A stretch of DNA of 64,000 bases, taken from Alphaproteobacteria bacterium (lineage in GTDB: Bacteria > Pseudomonadota > Alphaproteobacteria > Bin95). Below are positions 32,755 to 42,124 of the stretch, piece after piece (positions within the stretch are counted from its first letter, which is position 1; every line of letters begins with the position of its first letter). Position numbers and translations under genes: made by a program. The notes below the pieces were generated by a model. The model was not told the DNA's origin and did no database searches. It worked only from the letters and a program-made list of their open reading frames with translations. The stretch spans positions 512,001 to 576,000 of the forward strand of contig OZ219785.1 in the NCBI GenBank assembly GCA_964291285.2, given 5' to 3'.

Positions 32755-35028
32755 ATGTCGTCCCGTGCAGGCGGCGCCGTCGGCCGGCGTCTTCTTCGCA
32801 AGGAGGACCTGCGGCTGCTGACCGGCCGGGGCCGCTTCACCGACGACCTGCCGCGGCAGGAAGGCGAAGCGGCCATGCAGGTGCTGCGAAGCCCGCATGC
32901 CCACGCCCGCATCCGCAGGATCGATACGGGCCCGGCGCGCGCCATGCCCGGCGTGCTGGCGGTGCTGACCGGCCTCGACGCGCAGGCCGAGGGCTTTGCC
33001 GACATTCCGCACGACCCGCTGCCGAAGACGCGCAACGACCTGGCATTGACCGGGCCCGGCGGCTCGGAGGTCTTCATCGGCACCCATCCGCTGCTGCCGC
33101 ACGACCGGGCGCGCTATGCGGGCGAGGCCGTCGCGGCCGTCATTGCCGAAACGCCGGCGCTCGCGGCCGATGCCGTCGAGCGGATTGCCGTCGACTGGGA
33201 GCCGCTGCCGGCCGTCGCCGATACCCGCGAGGCGGCCGCGCCCGGCGCCCCCCCGGTCTGGGACGACCGCGCGGACAATGTGCTGGTCGATTGCCGTTTC
33301 GGCGATGCGGAACGGGTGGCGGCGGCGTTCGCCCGCGCCGCGCATGTCGTCGAATTCGACGGGCATCTGCCCCGGGTGGCCGGCGCGCCGCTGGAGCCGC
33401 GCGCCGCGCTCGGCGCATTCGATGCTTCGACCGGGCGCTATACGCTATACGCCGGGTCGGGCGGCGCGGTGCGGCACAAGGGCGAGCTCGCGGCCGTGCT
33501 GGGAATCGACCCCGACCGGCTGCGGATCGTCTGCGGTGATGTCGGCGGCAATTTCGGCGTGCGCAACCGCGTCTATGTCGAGTTCGGCATCGTGCTCTGG
33601 GCCGCCCGGCTGACCGGCAGGCCGGTGCGCTGGGTGGCGAGCCGGTCGGAAGCGATGCTGAGCGACTATCAGGGCCGCGACCTTGTCTCGCGCGCCGCGT
33701 TGGCTCTCGATGCAAACGGCCGGTTCCTCGCCTTGAAGGCGGACAATATCTCCAATGTCGGCGCGCGGTGCGTTTCGCTCTCGCCGCTCGGCAAGGGCGC
33801 CATCCTGGTGACCGGCTCCTACGACATTCCCGTGGCGAGGGTCCGCGCGCGGGCGGTGTTCAGCCATACTGCGCCGACCCAGGCCTACCGCTCCTCCGGA
33901 CGGCCGGAAGTCTGCTTCGTCATCGAGCGGCTGGTGGACAAGGCGGCACGGGAGCTCGGTTTCGATCCCATAGCGCTCCGCAGAGCCAATTTCGTCCGCT
34001 CCTTCCCCTACCGCAATGCGCTGGGCGCGGTTTATGACAGCGGCGAATACGAAGCCGCGCTCGACAAGGTGCTCGCGCTCTCCGACGAAGCGGGATTCCT
34101 CTCCCGCAGGGCGGCCGCGGAAGCCGAAGGGCGCCGTTACGGGCGGGGCGTCGCCCATTATGTCGAATCCTCCATCGGGGCGCCGCGCGAGCAGGCCGAT
34201 CTGGTCCTGACGGAGGACGGCCGGCTCGAAGTGCTGATCGGCACGCAGCCGAGCGGCCAGGGCCATGAGACCGCTTTCGCCCAGGTCGCGGCCGACGCGC
34301 TCGGCATTCCTTTCGAACGGATCGACGTTTCGACGGGCGACACCGACCGTATCGCCGTCGGCGGGGGGTCGCATTCGGGCCGGTCGATGCGCATGGCGGG
34401 CGAGGTCATCCGGCTGGCGGCCGAAGACCTCATCGACGCTGTGCGCCCGCTGGCCGCGCGCCGGCTTGCGAGCAACGATATCGCTTTCCGGAATGGCGGG
34501 TTCGACGGCCCCTCGGGGCGGGCGCTGCTGACCGAACTCGGGCCGCTCCGGGTGCGGCGCGAGAACCTGTTCGAGCCGGCGGTTTATCCGAACGGCTGCC
34601 ATGTCGCCGAAGTCGAGGTCGATCCGGAGACGCGCACGGTGCGGCTCGCGCGCTACGCCGCCGTGGACGATGTGGGCCGCGCGGTCAATCCGATGATCGT
34701 CGAGGGCCAGACCCACGGCGCCGCCGCGCAGGGCATCGGGCAGGCCATGCTGGAGGAGGTCGTCTGGGACGAGGCGGGCCAGCTGCTGGCGGGCTCCTTC
34801 ATGGACTATGCGATGCCGCGCGCGGACGACCTGCCGGCCCTCGCCGTCGCGCTCCACGAAGTGCCTTCGCCCACCAACGCGCTCGGCGTCAAGGCCGGCG
34901 GCGAGGGCGGCGCAGTGCCGGCGCCCGCCGCCATTTTCAATGCGGTTGCCGACGCTCTGGGCGGCGCGGAGGGGTTATCGATGCCGCTGGCGCGCGGGTT
35001 CCCGCCCCCGCTGACAAAAAGCGAGTGA
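32755..35028 (+). CDS. Xanthine dehydrogenase/CoxL-family molybdopterin-binding subunit
   Basis: RKEDLRLLTGRGRFTDD, RSPHAHARI, DVGGNFG, AYRSSGRPE, GQGHET, DDVGRAVNPMIVEGQ, KAGGEGG. Confidence 0.9.
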   Translation: MSSRAGGAVGRRLLRKEDLRLLTGRGRFTDDLPRQEGEAAMQVLRSPHAHARIRRIDTGPARAMPGVLAVLTGLDAQAEGFADIPHDPLPKTRNDLALTGPGGSEVFIGTHPLLPHDRARYAGEAVAAVIAETPALAADAVERIAVDWEPLPAVADTREAAAPGAPPVWDDRADNVLVDCRFGDAERVAAAFARAAHVVEFDGHLPRVAGAPLEPRAALGAFDASTGRYTLYAGSGGAVRHKGELAAVLGIDPDRLRIVCGDVGGNFGVRNRVYVEFGIVLWAARLTGRPVRWVASRSEAMLSDYQGRDLVSRAALALDANGRFLALKADNISNVGARCVSLSPLGKGAILVTGSYDIPVARVRARAVFSHTAPTQAYRSSGRPEVCFVIERLVDKAARELGFDPIALRRANFVRSFPYRNALGAVYDSGEYEAALDKVLALSDEAGFLSRRAAAEAEGRRYGRGVAHYVESSIGAPREQADLVLTEDGRLEVLIGTQPSGQGHETAFAQVAADALGIPFERIDVSTGDTDRIAVGGGSHSGRSMRMAGEVIRLAAEDLIDAVRPLAARRLASNDIAFRNGGFDGPSGRALLTELGPLRVRRENLFEPAVYPNGCHVAEVEVDPETRTVRLARYAAVDDVGRAVNPMIVEGQTHGAAAQGIGQAMLEEVVWDEAGQLLAGSFMDYAMPRADDLPALAVALHEVPSPTNALGVKAGGEGGAVPAPAAIFNAVADALGGAEGLSMPLARGFPPPLTKSE

Positions 35029-35161
35029 CCGGCGGCCGGCGAGGCGGCGCGCTTTCCTCCGGCATCGCAGGGCGTGCCGATCTCCCGTCCGCCGCCTCAG
35101 CAGGAACCGCAGCAATCGCGGTTATGCACCGGGACACGAGGGGGGAGAGGGCTGGGGCGCC

Positions 35162-35392
35162 TCAGTAGCTCTTCGGCAGGTCCAGCTCCTTCTCGGCGAT
35201 GAAGGAGCGCGCGAACTGCTAACTTACTGGCGCGATCCGGGCGATCCAGATCTCCCTGAGCCAGCGCTCCACATGGTACTCCTTGGCGTAGCCCATGCCG
35301 CCATGGGTCAGGATGGCCCGTTCACAGGCCTCGTGGCCCACCTCCGCCGCCAGGTATTTCGCGGCATTGGCCTACGGCCCGCACGCCTCGCC
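35162..35392 (-). pseudogene. Diverged 3' fragment of the acyl-CoA dehydrogenase gene
   Basis: Aligns to about 23085-23315 with many synonymous changes and two in-frame TAG codons. Confidence 0.88.
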
Positions 35393-35496
35393 GATGGCCC
35401 GCGCGATGGATCGGCAAGTCGGTCGGCGACCAGATCGAGATCGATGCCCCGGGCGGCGCGCGCTACTACGAGACCGTGAAGATCGACTACGCCTGA
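35388..35496 (+). pseudogene. Diverged 3' fragment of greA
   Basis: Aligns to 32641-32748 (...GTGAAGATCGACTACGCCTGA) with synonymous changes and a 1-bp insertion. Confidence 0.88.
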
Positions 35497-35595
35497 ACTG
35501 GCGGGCGCGGAGGCAGCCAGGGCGAATTAATTGTCTGCCTTTGGGCCATGTTGAGGTGGGGTCCGGGGTGGCTATTTTTTTCTTGATATGGCAGT

Positions 35596-37392
35596 GTGCC
35601 GGTCATGGCGAGGTTTCTGTTTGCGGGTGTTTGGGTTGATCTTCGCGCGGTCACGGTGCGCCCGACCTGGGGGGCACGGGAGCACCGGCGCTGGGACGAT
35701 TTGGTAGCGGCGCACCACTATCTGCGGTTCCACGGCATCATCGGCAAGGGTCTGCGCCATGTCGCGGTTCATGGCGAGGCCTGGCTTGCCCTGGTTGGCT
35801 GGCAGCCTGGAGCGTTCAAGGTGGGAGCGCGGGACCGCTGGATCGGGTGGTCGGCGGAGCAGCAGTTCCGTCGCCTGCATCTGGTTGCCAACAACTCGCG
35901 CTTTGTCATCCTGACGCCTGAGCGGGTTCCCAACCTTGCCTCGCGGGTGCTGGGGCTGAGCGTGCGGCGGCTGTCGCAGGACCTGCGGGCGGCGCATGGC
36001 TATCCGGCTGTTGTGGCGGAGACGTTTGTGGACGTCTCGCGCTTCGCCGGCACCTGCTACCGCGCGGCCAACTGGCGCTCTTTGGGTCTGACGCGCGGCT
36101 TTGCCCGCGAGCCCGGAGGGGTGGCGCGCTGGCGTCACCACGGCCAGCCCAAGGAGGTCTTCGTGTTCGAACTGACACACGGCGCCCCCGAGGCGCTGAG
36201 CCATCCCGAGATACCGGCAGACTGGAACGCTGAGCAGCACACCGAGCCGATGGCGGCGCCCCGGCTGCGCAGCCTGTTCGAGTGTTTGGGCGAGGTGCCC
36301 GAATACCGCCATGCCCGGGGCAAGCGCTATGCGCTCACCACCATTCTGACGCTGGCCGTTGCCGCCCGGCTTGCCGGATACCGGGGTGTGAACGCCTTCG
36401 CCCAGTTCGCCGCCCTGCTCTCCCAGAAGCAACTCAAGGCGGTGGGCGCCTTCTGGAGCCCATCCAGGCAGTGCTACACGCCGCCGGCGGTCACCACCTT
36501 CCACAACATCCTCGCCGCCCTGCCGCCACAGACCCTGGACAATGCCATCGGCCAGTGGGCCGGACAGCACAGCAGTGCGCACGCGCCTGTGGCCATGGAC
36601 GGAAAGGATTTGCGCGGTGCCTCGAAGCAGAGCGAAGACCGGCGCAGGAGGATGGTCGCTGCGGTGGCGCATGACACCGGCGTGGTCCTCGGGCAGGTCG
36701 AAGTCAGCTCCAAAAGCAACGAAATCCCGGCCGTGCGCGAACTCTCCAGCGGTCTCGACCTCACAGGCCGGATCGTCACCATCGATGCGATGCACGCCCA
36801 GCACGAGACCGCGCGTTGCCTGCTCGAACGCCGTGCCGACTACGTGGTCAGCGCGGTGAAGGGCAACCAGCAGACCATCCTCGAAGACCTCAAGGCGATC
36901 GACTTCAGCGATGCGCCCTGGCACGAAACCGTCGACAAGGGCCATGGTCGCATTGAGCGCCGACGCTGCGCCGTCGTCGACCTCTGCGCTGCCGAGTGGG
37001 ACGGCTACGCCCACCTTCACGGGCGCCGCCAGGCAATGCGCATGGAACGCGAGCGCAAGATGCTCAAAACCGGCAAGCGCAGCATCGAGGTCACCTGGAG
37101 CCTGACGTCGCTTGGCGCAGAGCGAGCCGGCCCCAAGGAGCTTCTCGATCTGGTGCGCAACCACTGGCACATTGAGAACCGTGTGCACTATGTGCGTGAC
37201 TTCACCTATGACGAAGACCGTTGCCGGGCATATGTGCGCCACCTGCCCGGAAATCTGGCCTGCTTGAGCAACGCGGCCATCGCTATCGTGCGCTGCGACG
37301 GACGCTTCCGATATGTACCCGAGGCCAACCGGCACTACGCCGCCCGCGCCCAAGAGGCCCTCGACGCGATTATGATCGCGCCCAGAGGCTGA
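35596..37392 (+). CDS. ISAs1-family transposase with N-terminal DUF4338 domain
   Basis: Translation identical to 1304-3100. Confidence 0.9.
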   Translation: MPVMARFLFAGVWVDLRAVTVRPTWGAREHRRWDDLVAAHHYLRFHGIIGKGLRHVAVHGEAWLALVGWQPGAFKVGARDRWIGWSAEQQFRRLHLVANNSRFVILTPERVPNLASRVLGLSVRRLSQDLRAAHGYPAVVAETFVDVSRFAGTCYRAANWRSLGLTRGFAREPGGVARWRHHGQPKEVFVFELTHGAPEALSHPEIPADWNAEQHTEPMAAPRLRSLFECLGEVPEYRHARGKRYALTTILTLAVAARLAGYRGVNAFAQFAALLSQKQLKAVGAFWSPSRQCYTPPAVTTFHNILAALPPQTLDNAIGQWAGQHSSAHAPVAMDGKDLRGASKQSEDRRRRMVAAVAHDTGVVLGQVEVSSKSNEIPAVRELSSGLDLTGRIVTIDAMHAQHETARCLLERRADYVVSAVKGNQQTILEDLKAIDFSDAPWHETVDKGHGRIERRRCAVVDLCAAEWDGYAHLHGRRQAMRMERERKMLKTGKRSIEVTWSLTSLGAERAGPKELLDLVRNHWHIENRVHYVRDFTYDEDRCRAYVRHLPGNLACLSNAAIAIVRCDGRFRYVPEANRHYAARAQEALDAIMIAPRG

Positions 37393-37529
37393 TACCCCAC
37401 CCCCCACCGCAATACAGGCTCGGGCCGAAGAACGGCGCAGCAAAACAACTGCGCCCGTCGAGGACGAAAACACTGGACCGCGGCATCAAGAAACCACCAT
37501 GACGGCGGCCAGAAACGTCTGGGGTTCCC

Positions 37530-37945
37530 CAAAACCTTCATTGTCGGGCGGGTCGGCCACCCCGTATCATGAAAACAGGTGCCGGCCGCGCGGGCGGGAC
37601 TTCGGGCTTTTACGGGGTTGCCTACCGGTCAGGGTCCGCAAGACGGGCGCCGCAGATGGCGAGTATCGGACGCCTCGGGAGCAGTGCTTTGGCGGGGAGG
37701 TTTTTTTTGCGCCCGATCCCCAACAATTTTCACGGCAAAACCTTCATTGTCGGGCGGGTCGGCCACCCCGTATCATGAAAACAGGTGCCGGCCGCGCGGG
37801 CGGGACTTCGGGCTTTTACGGGGTTGCCTACCGGTCAGGGTCCGCAAGACGGGCGCCGCAGATGGCGAGTATCGGACGCCTCGGGAGCAGTGCTTTGGCG
37901 GGGAGGTTTTTTTTGCGCCCGATCCCCAACAATTTTCACGGCAAA
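37530..37945. repeat. Tandem dimer of the 206-bp mini-element inside ISAs1 copy 2
   Basis: Same sequence as 3238-3653. Confidence 0.95.
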
Positions 37946-38055
37946 CACCGGCAGCCAGACCGACATCACTCAGACAAAGCCCGCGGTTCGACTAAAAATT
38001 TTCCCTGCGGAGGCAGCCCATGTCCTCCAATACCACTGCCATATGCTGTATCTTG

Positions 38056-39507
38056 GATCGTGCCCCCGCGGGTGGTGTAAGAGCCTGGCGTCCGTAGCGG
38101 TGTCCGGCGGGTAGGGCCGGAACGCTCAGGCTGCCACGGCGGGCAACTTGACGGTTGTATTGTCGCTCACGGGAGCGATGGATTCCAGCGTCATGTATCT
38201 GGCTCTCTGGACTGCCCATTCATCGTTCTGCTCGAGCAGGATTGCGCCGATCAGCCGGGTGATGGCGTCCTCGTTGGGGAAGATGCCGACGGTGTTTGTG
38301 CGCCGCTTGATCTCGCCGTGGAGGCGTTCGAGCGGGTTTGTCGAGTGCAGCTTGGCGCGGTGCGCGGCCGGGAAGGTCATGTAGGCGAGAACATCGTGCT
38401 CGGCCTCGTCCATGATGGCGGCGAGCTTTGGCGCCTTGGGCCTGAGCTGGTCGGCGACCTGGCGCCACTGGGCGGAGGCGCTGTCTGCATCCTCCTGGGC
38501 GAAGGCGGTAGTGACGAAGGCGGAGACGACGCGCCGGCCCTGCTTGCCGGCATGGGCGAGCAGGTTGCGCATGAAGTGGACGCGGCATCTCTGCCAGGTG
38601 GCGCCGAAGATGCGGGTGGCGGCGGCCTTCAGGCCCTTGTGGTCGTCGGAGATCACCAGCTTGACGCCGCGCAGGCCGCGGCGGGCGAGCGAGCGCAGGA
38701 AGTCGGTCCAGAAGGTCTCGGCCTCGGACGCGCCGATCGCCATGCCGAGCACCTCGCGCCGGCCCTGATCGTTGACCGCCACCGCGATGGTGACCGCGAC
38801 CGAGACGACGCGCCCGGCCTCGCGCATCTTCACATAGGTCGCGTCAAGCCAGAGATACGGCCAGTCGCCCTCCAGCGGCCGGTCGAGGAAGTCGCGGATC
38901 TTGTCGTCGATCTCGCCGCACAGCCGCGACACCTGGCTCTTGGAGATGCCCGACATGCCCATCGCCTGCACCAGGTCGTCCACCGAGCGGGTCGATACGC
39001 CCTTGATGTAGGCCTCCTGGATCACCGCCGTCAGCGCCTTCTCCGCCATCCGCCGCGGTTCAAGGAAGCCCGGGAAGTAGCTCCCCTTGCGCAGCTTCGG
39101 GATCTTCAGTTCGACCGTGCCGGCCCGCGTCTCCCAGACCCGGTCCCGGTAGCCGTTGCGCTGCGTGATCCGGTCCGGCGAGCGCTCGCCGTGCGCGGCG
39201 CCCGCAAGGCCCTCAACCTCAAGCGCCATCAGACGCGCGGCCGTGAACCCGATCATCTCGCGAAGCAGGTCGGCGTCGGAACTCTTCTCCAACAGCGCCC
39301 GCAGGGTCATCATGTCGGTGGTGGTCATCGTGGTACTCCTCCGGTCAGGTGGACTGTGACAGCCCAACCCTAACCGGCACCGCGATGGCCTCCGCTGTGG
39401 GTAAGTGGCCCGCCGCCGCCTGACTCCAGACGGTCGCGGCGGCGGGCCACTTACCCACAGCTACCACCGGAAGCTTCAGCTCCTACACCACCCCTGGGGA
39501 CACGACC
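38056..39507 (-). mobile_element. IS256-family insertion sequence
   Basis: Imperfect terminal inverted repeats GATCGTGCCCCCGCGGGTGGTGTAAGAG and GGTCGTGTCCCCAGGGGTGGTGTAGGAG; 8-bp target duplication GTATCTTG (38048-38055, 39508-39515). Confidence 0.94.
38126..39328 (-). CDS. IS256-family transposase
   Basis: [51 protein letters not shown]. Confidence 0.95.
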   Translation of the reverse strand: MTTTDMMTLRALLEKSSDADLLREMIGFTAARLMALEVEGLAGAAHGERSPDRITQRNGYRDRVWETRAGTVELKIPKLRKGSYFPGFLEPRRMAEKALTAVIQEAYIKGVSTRSVDDLVQAMGMSGISKSQVSRLCGEIDDKIRDFLDRPLEGDWPYLWLDATYVKMREAGRVVSVAVTIAVAVNDQGRREVLGMAIGASEAETFWTDFLRSLARRGLRGVKLVISDDHKGLKAAATRIFGATWQRCRVHFMRNLLAHAGKQGRRVVSAFVTTAFAQEDADSASAQWRQVADQLRPKAPKLAAIMDEAEHDVLAYMTFPAAHRAKLHSTNPLERLHGEIKRRTNTVGIFPNEDAITRLIGAILLEQNDEWAVQRARYMTLESIAPVSDNTTVKLPAVAA

Positions 39508-39547
39508 GTATCTTGGATATTTCGGCGAGAGGCTGAGGCGTTCGTTC

Positions 39548-40057
39548 ATGGAAGATGACCGGGCTCTAAATATCCTGAACTCATTAGCTCAAGGCATCGA
39601 TCCGGAAACCGGAGAAGTGTTGCCTCGCGCCTCTGTCATCCAGCAACCCGATGTCATACGAGCGTTGGGGCACGCGGTGACCGTATTCCGCCTCCGCGTC
39701 GCAGGAACCGACCGTGAGAATCGCAAGCAGTCCCGAGGCAGACAAAGGTGGACAGTTGAAGAGGGCAGGCGGCTGGCGCAAGCCTTCGACTCAGGCGCCA
39801 CGATCGAGGAACTTGCCGCCAGCCACGGGCGGACGTCCAGCGACATACAACGGCGTCTTGTAAAGCTGGGGCGAATAGAAAACGAAGGTCCGAATCGAAA
39901 CGGAGAAACATGGAAGCCCGAAGAGGACGAACGGCTGGCGCAAGCCTTCGACTCAGGTGCTACGATCAAGGAGCTTGCCGCCAGCCACGAGCGAACGAAC
40001 GGCGCCATACGAAGCCGTCTTGTCAGACTGGGCCGAATAGAACGTCCGGTTTCCTAG
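39548..40057 (+). CDS. Hypothetical protein with two tandem Myb/SANT-like helical repeats
   Basis: W..EE..RLAQAFDSGATI.ELAASH.RT...I..RLV.LG repeated at 162-bp spacing; N-terminal LAQGIDPETGEVLP. Confidence 0.75.
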   Translation: MEDDRALNILNSLAQGIDPETGEVLPRASVIQQPDVIRALGHAVTVFRLRVAGTDRENRKQSRGRQRWTVEEGRRLAQAFDSGATIEELAASHGRTSSDIQRRLVKLGRIENEGPNRNGETWKPEEDERLAQAFDSGATIKELAASHERTNGAIRSRLVRLGRIERPVS

Positions 40058-40337
40058 GGTCAGGATTGAGACTTGTAAGGAGCTTCTCAAGAGGCGCGCA
40101 ATGCGGCTCAAGGGTCGGTGCCCGCCGCATTCTTCAATGCCGCGGCCAATACACTCGGTGATGCGGGCGGGTTCGCGATGCCATTCGGGCGCAAGCGTGC
40201 TGTCCCGGACATGCCCGGTCCGCTTCTGTCACGGGAACCATAGCGAGCGGGACACGCCTCAACGCCGCGGTTTTGGTATCCTGCCGCGCGGATGGGCTAT
40301 AGTGCGGTCGGTCAACGGCCTGCGGGAGCGGGAAACG

Positions 40338-41054
40338 GTGGACGACACCATCGGCATCGAGCGCTGCACGGGCAGCATGGGGTCCCGGTTCACGCTCTAT
40401 CGTTTCGTGCCGGAAGAAATCCCGCGGCTCGCGAAGCTCGATTGGAATATCATCGGCCGGCGGGTCTTCATCGATCCCGTGCGCGGGTTGATTGCGTTGA
40501 TGTCGCCTTCACCCGAGCATGAGGAATATACGCGGGGCATCGACCGGACGGTGCAGGACATGTGCCGGGCCCTGAAGCTGCGGGTCGTTACACTGGGATC
40601 GACGCGCTGGCGCCGTCCGGACGACCCGGAGAACAGCGGGGCGGAGCCCGACGCCTGCTTTTACCTGGGGGCCTCCGCCGAACGGCGGGATGAGGCGCGC
40701 CGGGAAGACGGCGAGGCGCTGGCGGCGTTCTACCGCCGGACGCCGCCCGATCTGGTGATCGAGGTCGAACGGAGCCGCGGCGACGCGGACAAGCCGGCGT
40801 TCTACCGACGGCTCGGCGCAGCCGAGATGTGGCGGCTCGACATTTCGGGAAATATCCGGGAAGCGGTCATGCTGGACCTGCAGGCGCCGGACGGTCCGGA
40901 GGTCCTGCATGCCTCCGGCGTGCTTGCCCCGGCAACCCCGGCATTCGTTCTGGACGCCCTGGAATTGGCCGTCGACAACCGTCTGTCAGAGCTGGAAGCC
41001 GCGATCGCCGACTGCATTTCGGGCGAGAAGGCGGGCCGCAGCCGTTCGCGCTGA
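40338..41054 (+). CDS. Uma2/DUF820-family putative endonuclease
   Basis: MSPSPEHE, GSTRWR, AEPDACFY, PPDLVIEVE, KPAFY..LGAAEMW. Start approximate. Confidence 0.82.
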   Translation: MDDTIGIERCTGSMGSRFTLYRFVPEEIPRLAKLDWNIIGRRVFIDPVRGLIALMSPSPEHEEYTRGIDRTVQDMCRALKLRVVTLGSTRWRRPDDPENSGAEPDACFYLGASAERRDEARREDGEALAAFYRRTPPDLVIEVERSRGDADKPAFYRRLGAAEMWRLDISGNIREAVMLDLQAPDGPEVLHASGVLAPATPAFVLDALELAVDNRLSELEAAIADCISGEKAGRSRSR

Positions 41055-41078
41055 CATCCCGATACGCGCCGTTCCCGT

Positions 41079-41750
41079 TCACCAGGGAATCGTGCGCCCC
41101 CGCCAGTCGAGAAAGGCGCCGGACTGGCGGTCGGTGAGCCTCTCGGCGATGCGGCGCATGCCGCGCGCGCTTTCCTCCGGCGTCACCGGGGCGTGCCGGC
41201 CGCCCATGTCCGTGGCGACATGGCCCGGATGCAGGATCGCAATCCTGACCCGGTCCGCCAGCTCCAGCGCCAGTGTGCTTGCGGCCATGTTGAGCCCCGC
41301 CTTCGAGCTGCTGTAGGCATAGCGGCGCACGCCGGCCGCCTGCGAAATCGAGCCGAGCTGGCTCGTCACGAACACCATGGTGCGCCGCTCGCTTGCAGCG
41401 ACGTGGCGGGTGAACGCCGCTGCGACCGCCACCGGCGCAATCGTGTTGATGCGCAGGCACTGCGCCCATTCCTCCGTGTCGAGCCGGGCGAGCGAGCGGG
41501 TGTTGGGGGAATCCACGCCGGCATTGTTCCAGAGCAGGTCGATGCGCTCGTCCCGCCAGCGGTCGGCGAGCGCGGCAATGCCCTCGTCGTCCGTTACATC
41601 GAGGCGGGCTGCGTCGGCGATGCCGTCGAGGCCGGCCAGCGCGGCCGGGTCGCGGCACACGGCCAGCACCCGCCAGCCGTCGGCCAGATAGTCGCTCGCC
41701 AGCGCGCGGCCGATGCCGCGCGCCGCGCCGGTAATCAGGGCCGTGGGCAC
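41079..41750 (-). CDS. SDR-family oxidoreductase
   Basis: TALITGAARGIG, NNAG, YSSSKAGLN, HPGHVATDMGG. Confidence 0.9.
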   Translation of the reverse strand: MPTALITGAARGIGRALASDYLADGWRVLAVCRDPAALAGLDGIADAARLDVTDDEGIAALADRWRDERIDLLWNNAGVDSPNTRSLARLDTEEWAQCLRINTIAPVAVAAAFTRHVAASERRTMVFVTSQLGSISQAAGVRRYAYSSSKAGLNMAASTLALELADRVRIAILHPGHVATDMGGRHAPVTPEESARGMRRIAERLTDRQSGAFLDWRGRTIPW

Positions 41751-42124
41751 TGCGCCGTGACTTCGATCTCGATCTTCATGGCCGGATCGACCAGGCCGGC
41801 GACCACGACCGCCGTGGCGGCGGGCCGGATGTCGCGGAACACCTCGCCGAACACCGGCATGAGCGCCGGAAAGTCGCCGGCATCGGTCAGGAAATAGGTG
41901 ACGCGCACGACGTCCTCGAAGCCGGCTCCGGCCTCCGCCAGCGCTGCCCCGATAATGCCGAAGGCGAGGCGCGCCTGCTCGACGACGTCCTCGGAAATCA
42001 TCCCTGTTTCGGGGTCCGCCCCGGTCGTGCCGGCGACATGCACCCAACCGTCCTGCACCACGGCGCGGGAATAGCCGGCGGCCGCCTCGAAGCGGCCGCC
42101 GGAGGAGATCAGCCGGCGTGTCAC
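41735..42124 (-). CDS. RidA-family protein
   Basis: AGYSRAV, VAGTTG, IRPAATAV, MKIEIEVTA. Confidence 0.9.
   Translation of the reverse strand: MTRRLISSGGRFEAAAGYSRAVVQDGWVHVAGTTGADPETGMISEDVVEQARLAFGIIGAALAEAGAGFEDVVRVTYFLTDAGDFPALMPVFGEVFRDIRPAATAVVVAGLVDPAMKIEIEVTAQCPRP

Larger units (their letters stand above)
35518..38007 (+). mobile_element. ISAs1-family insertion sequence, copy 2
   Basis: CAGGG...CCCTG ends; perfect 10-bp target duplication CGGAGGCAGC (35508-35517 and 38008-38017). Confidence 0.95.
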
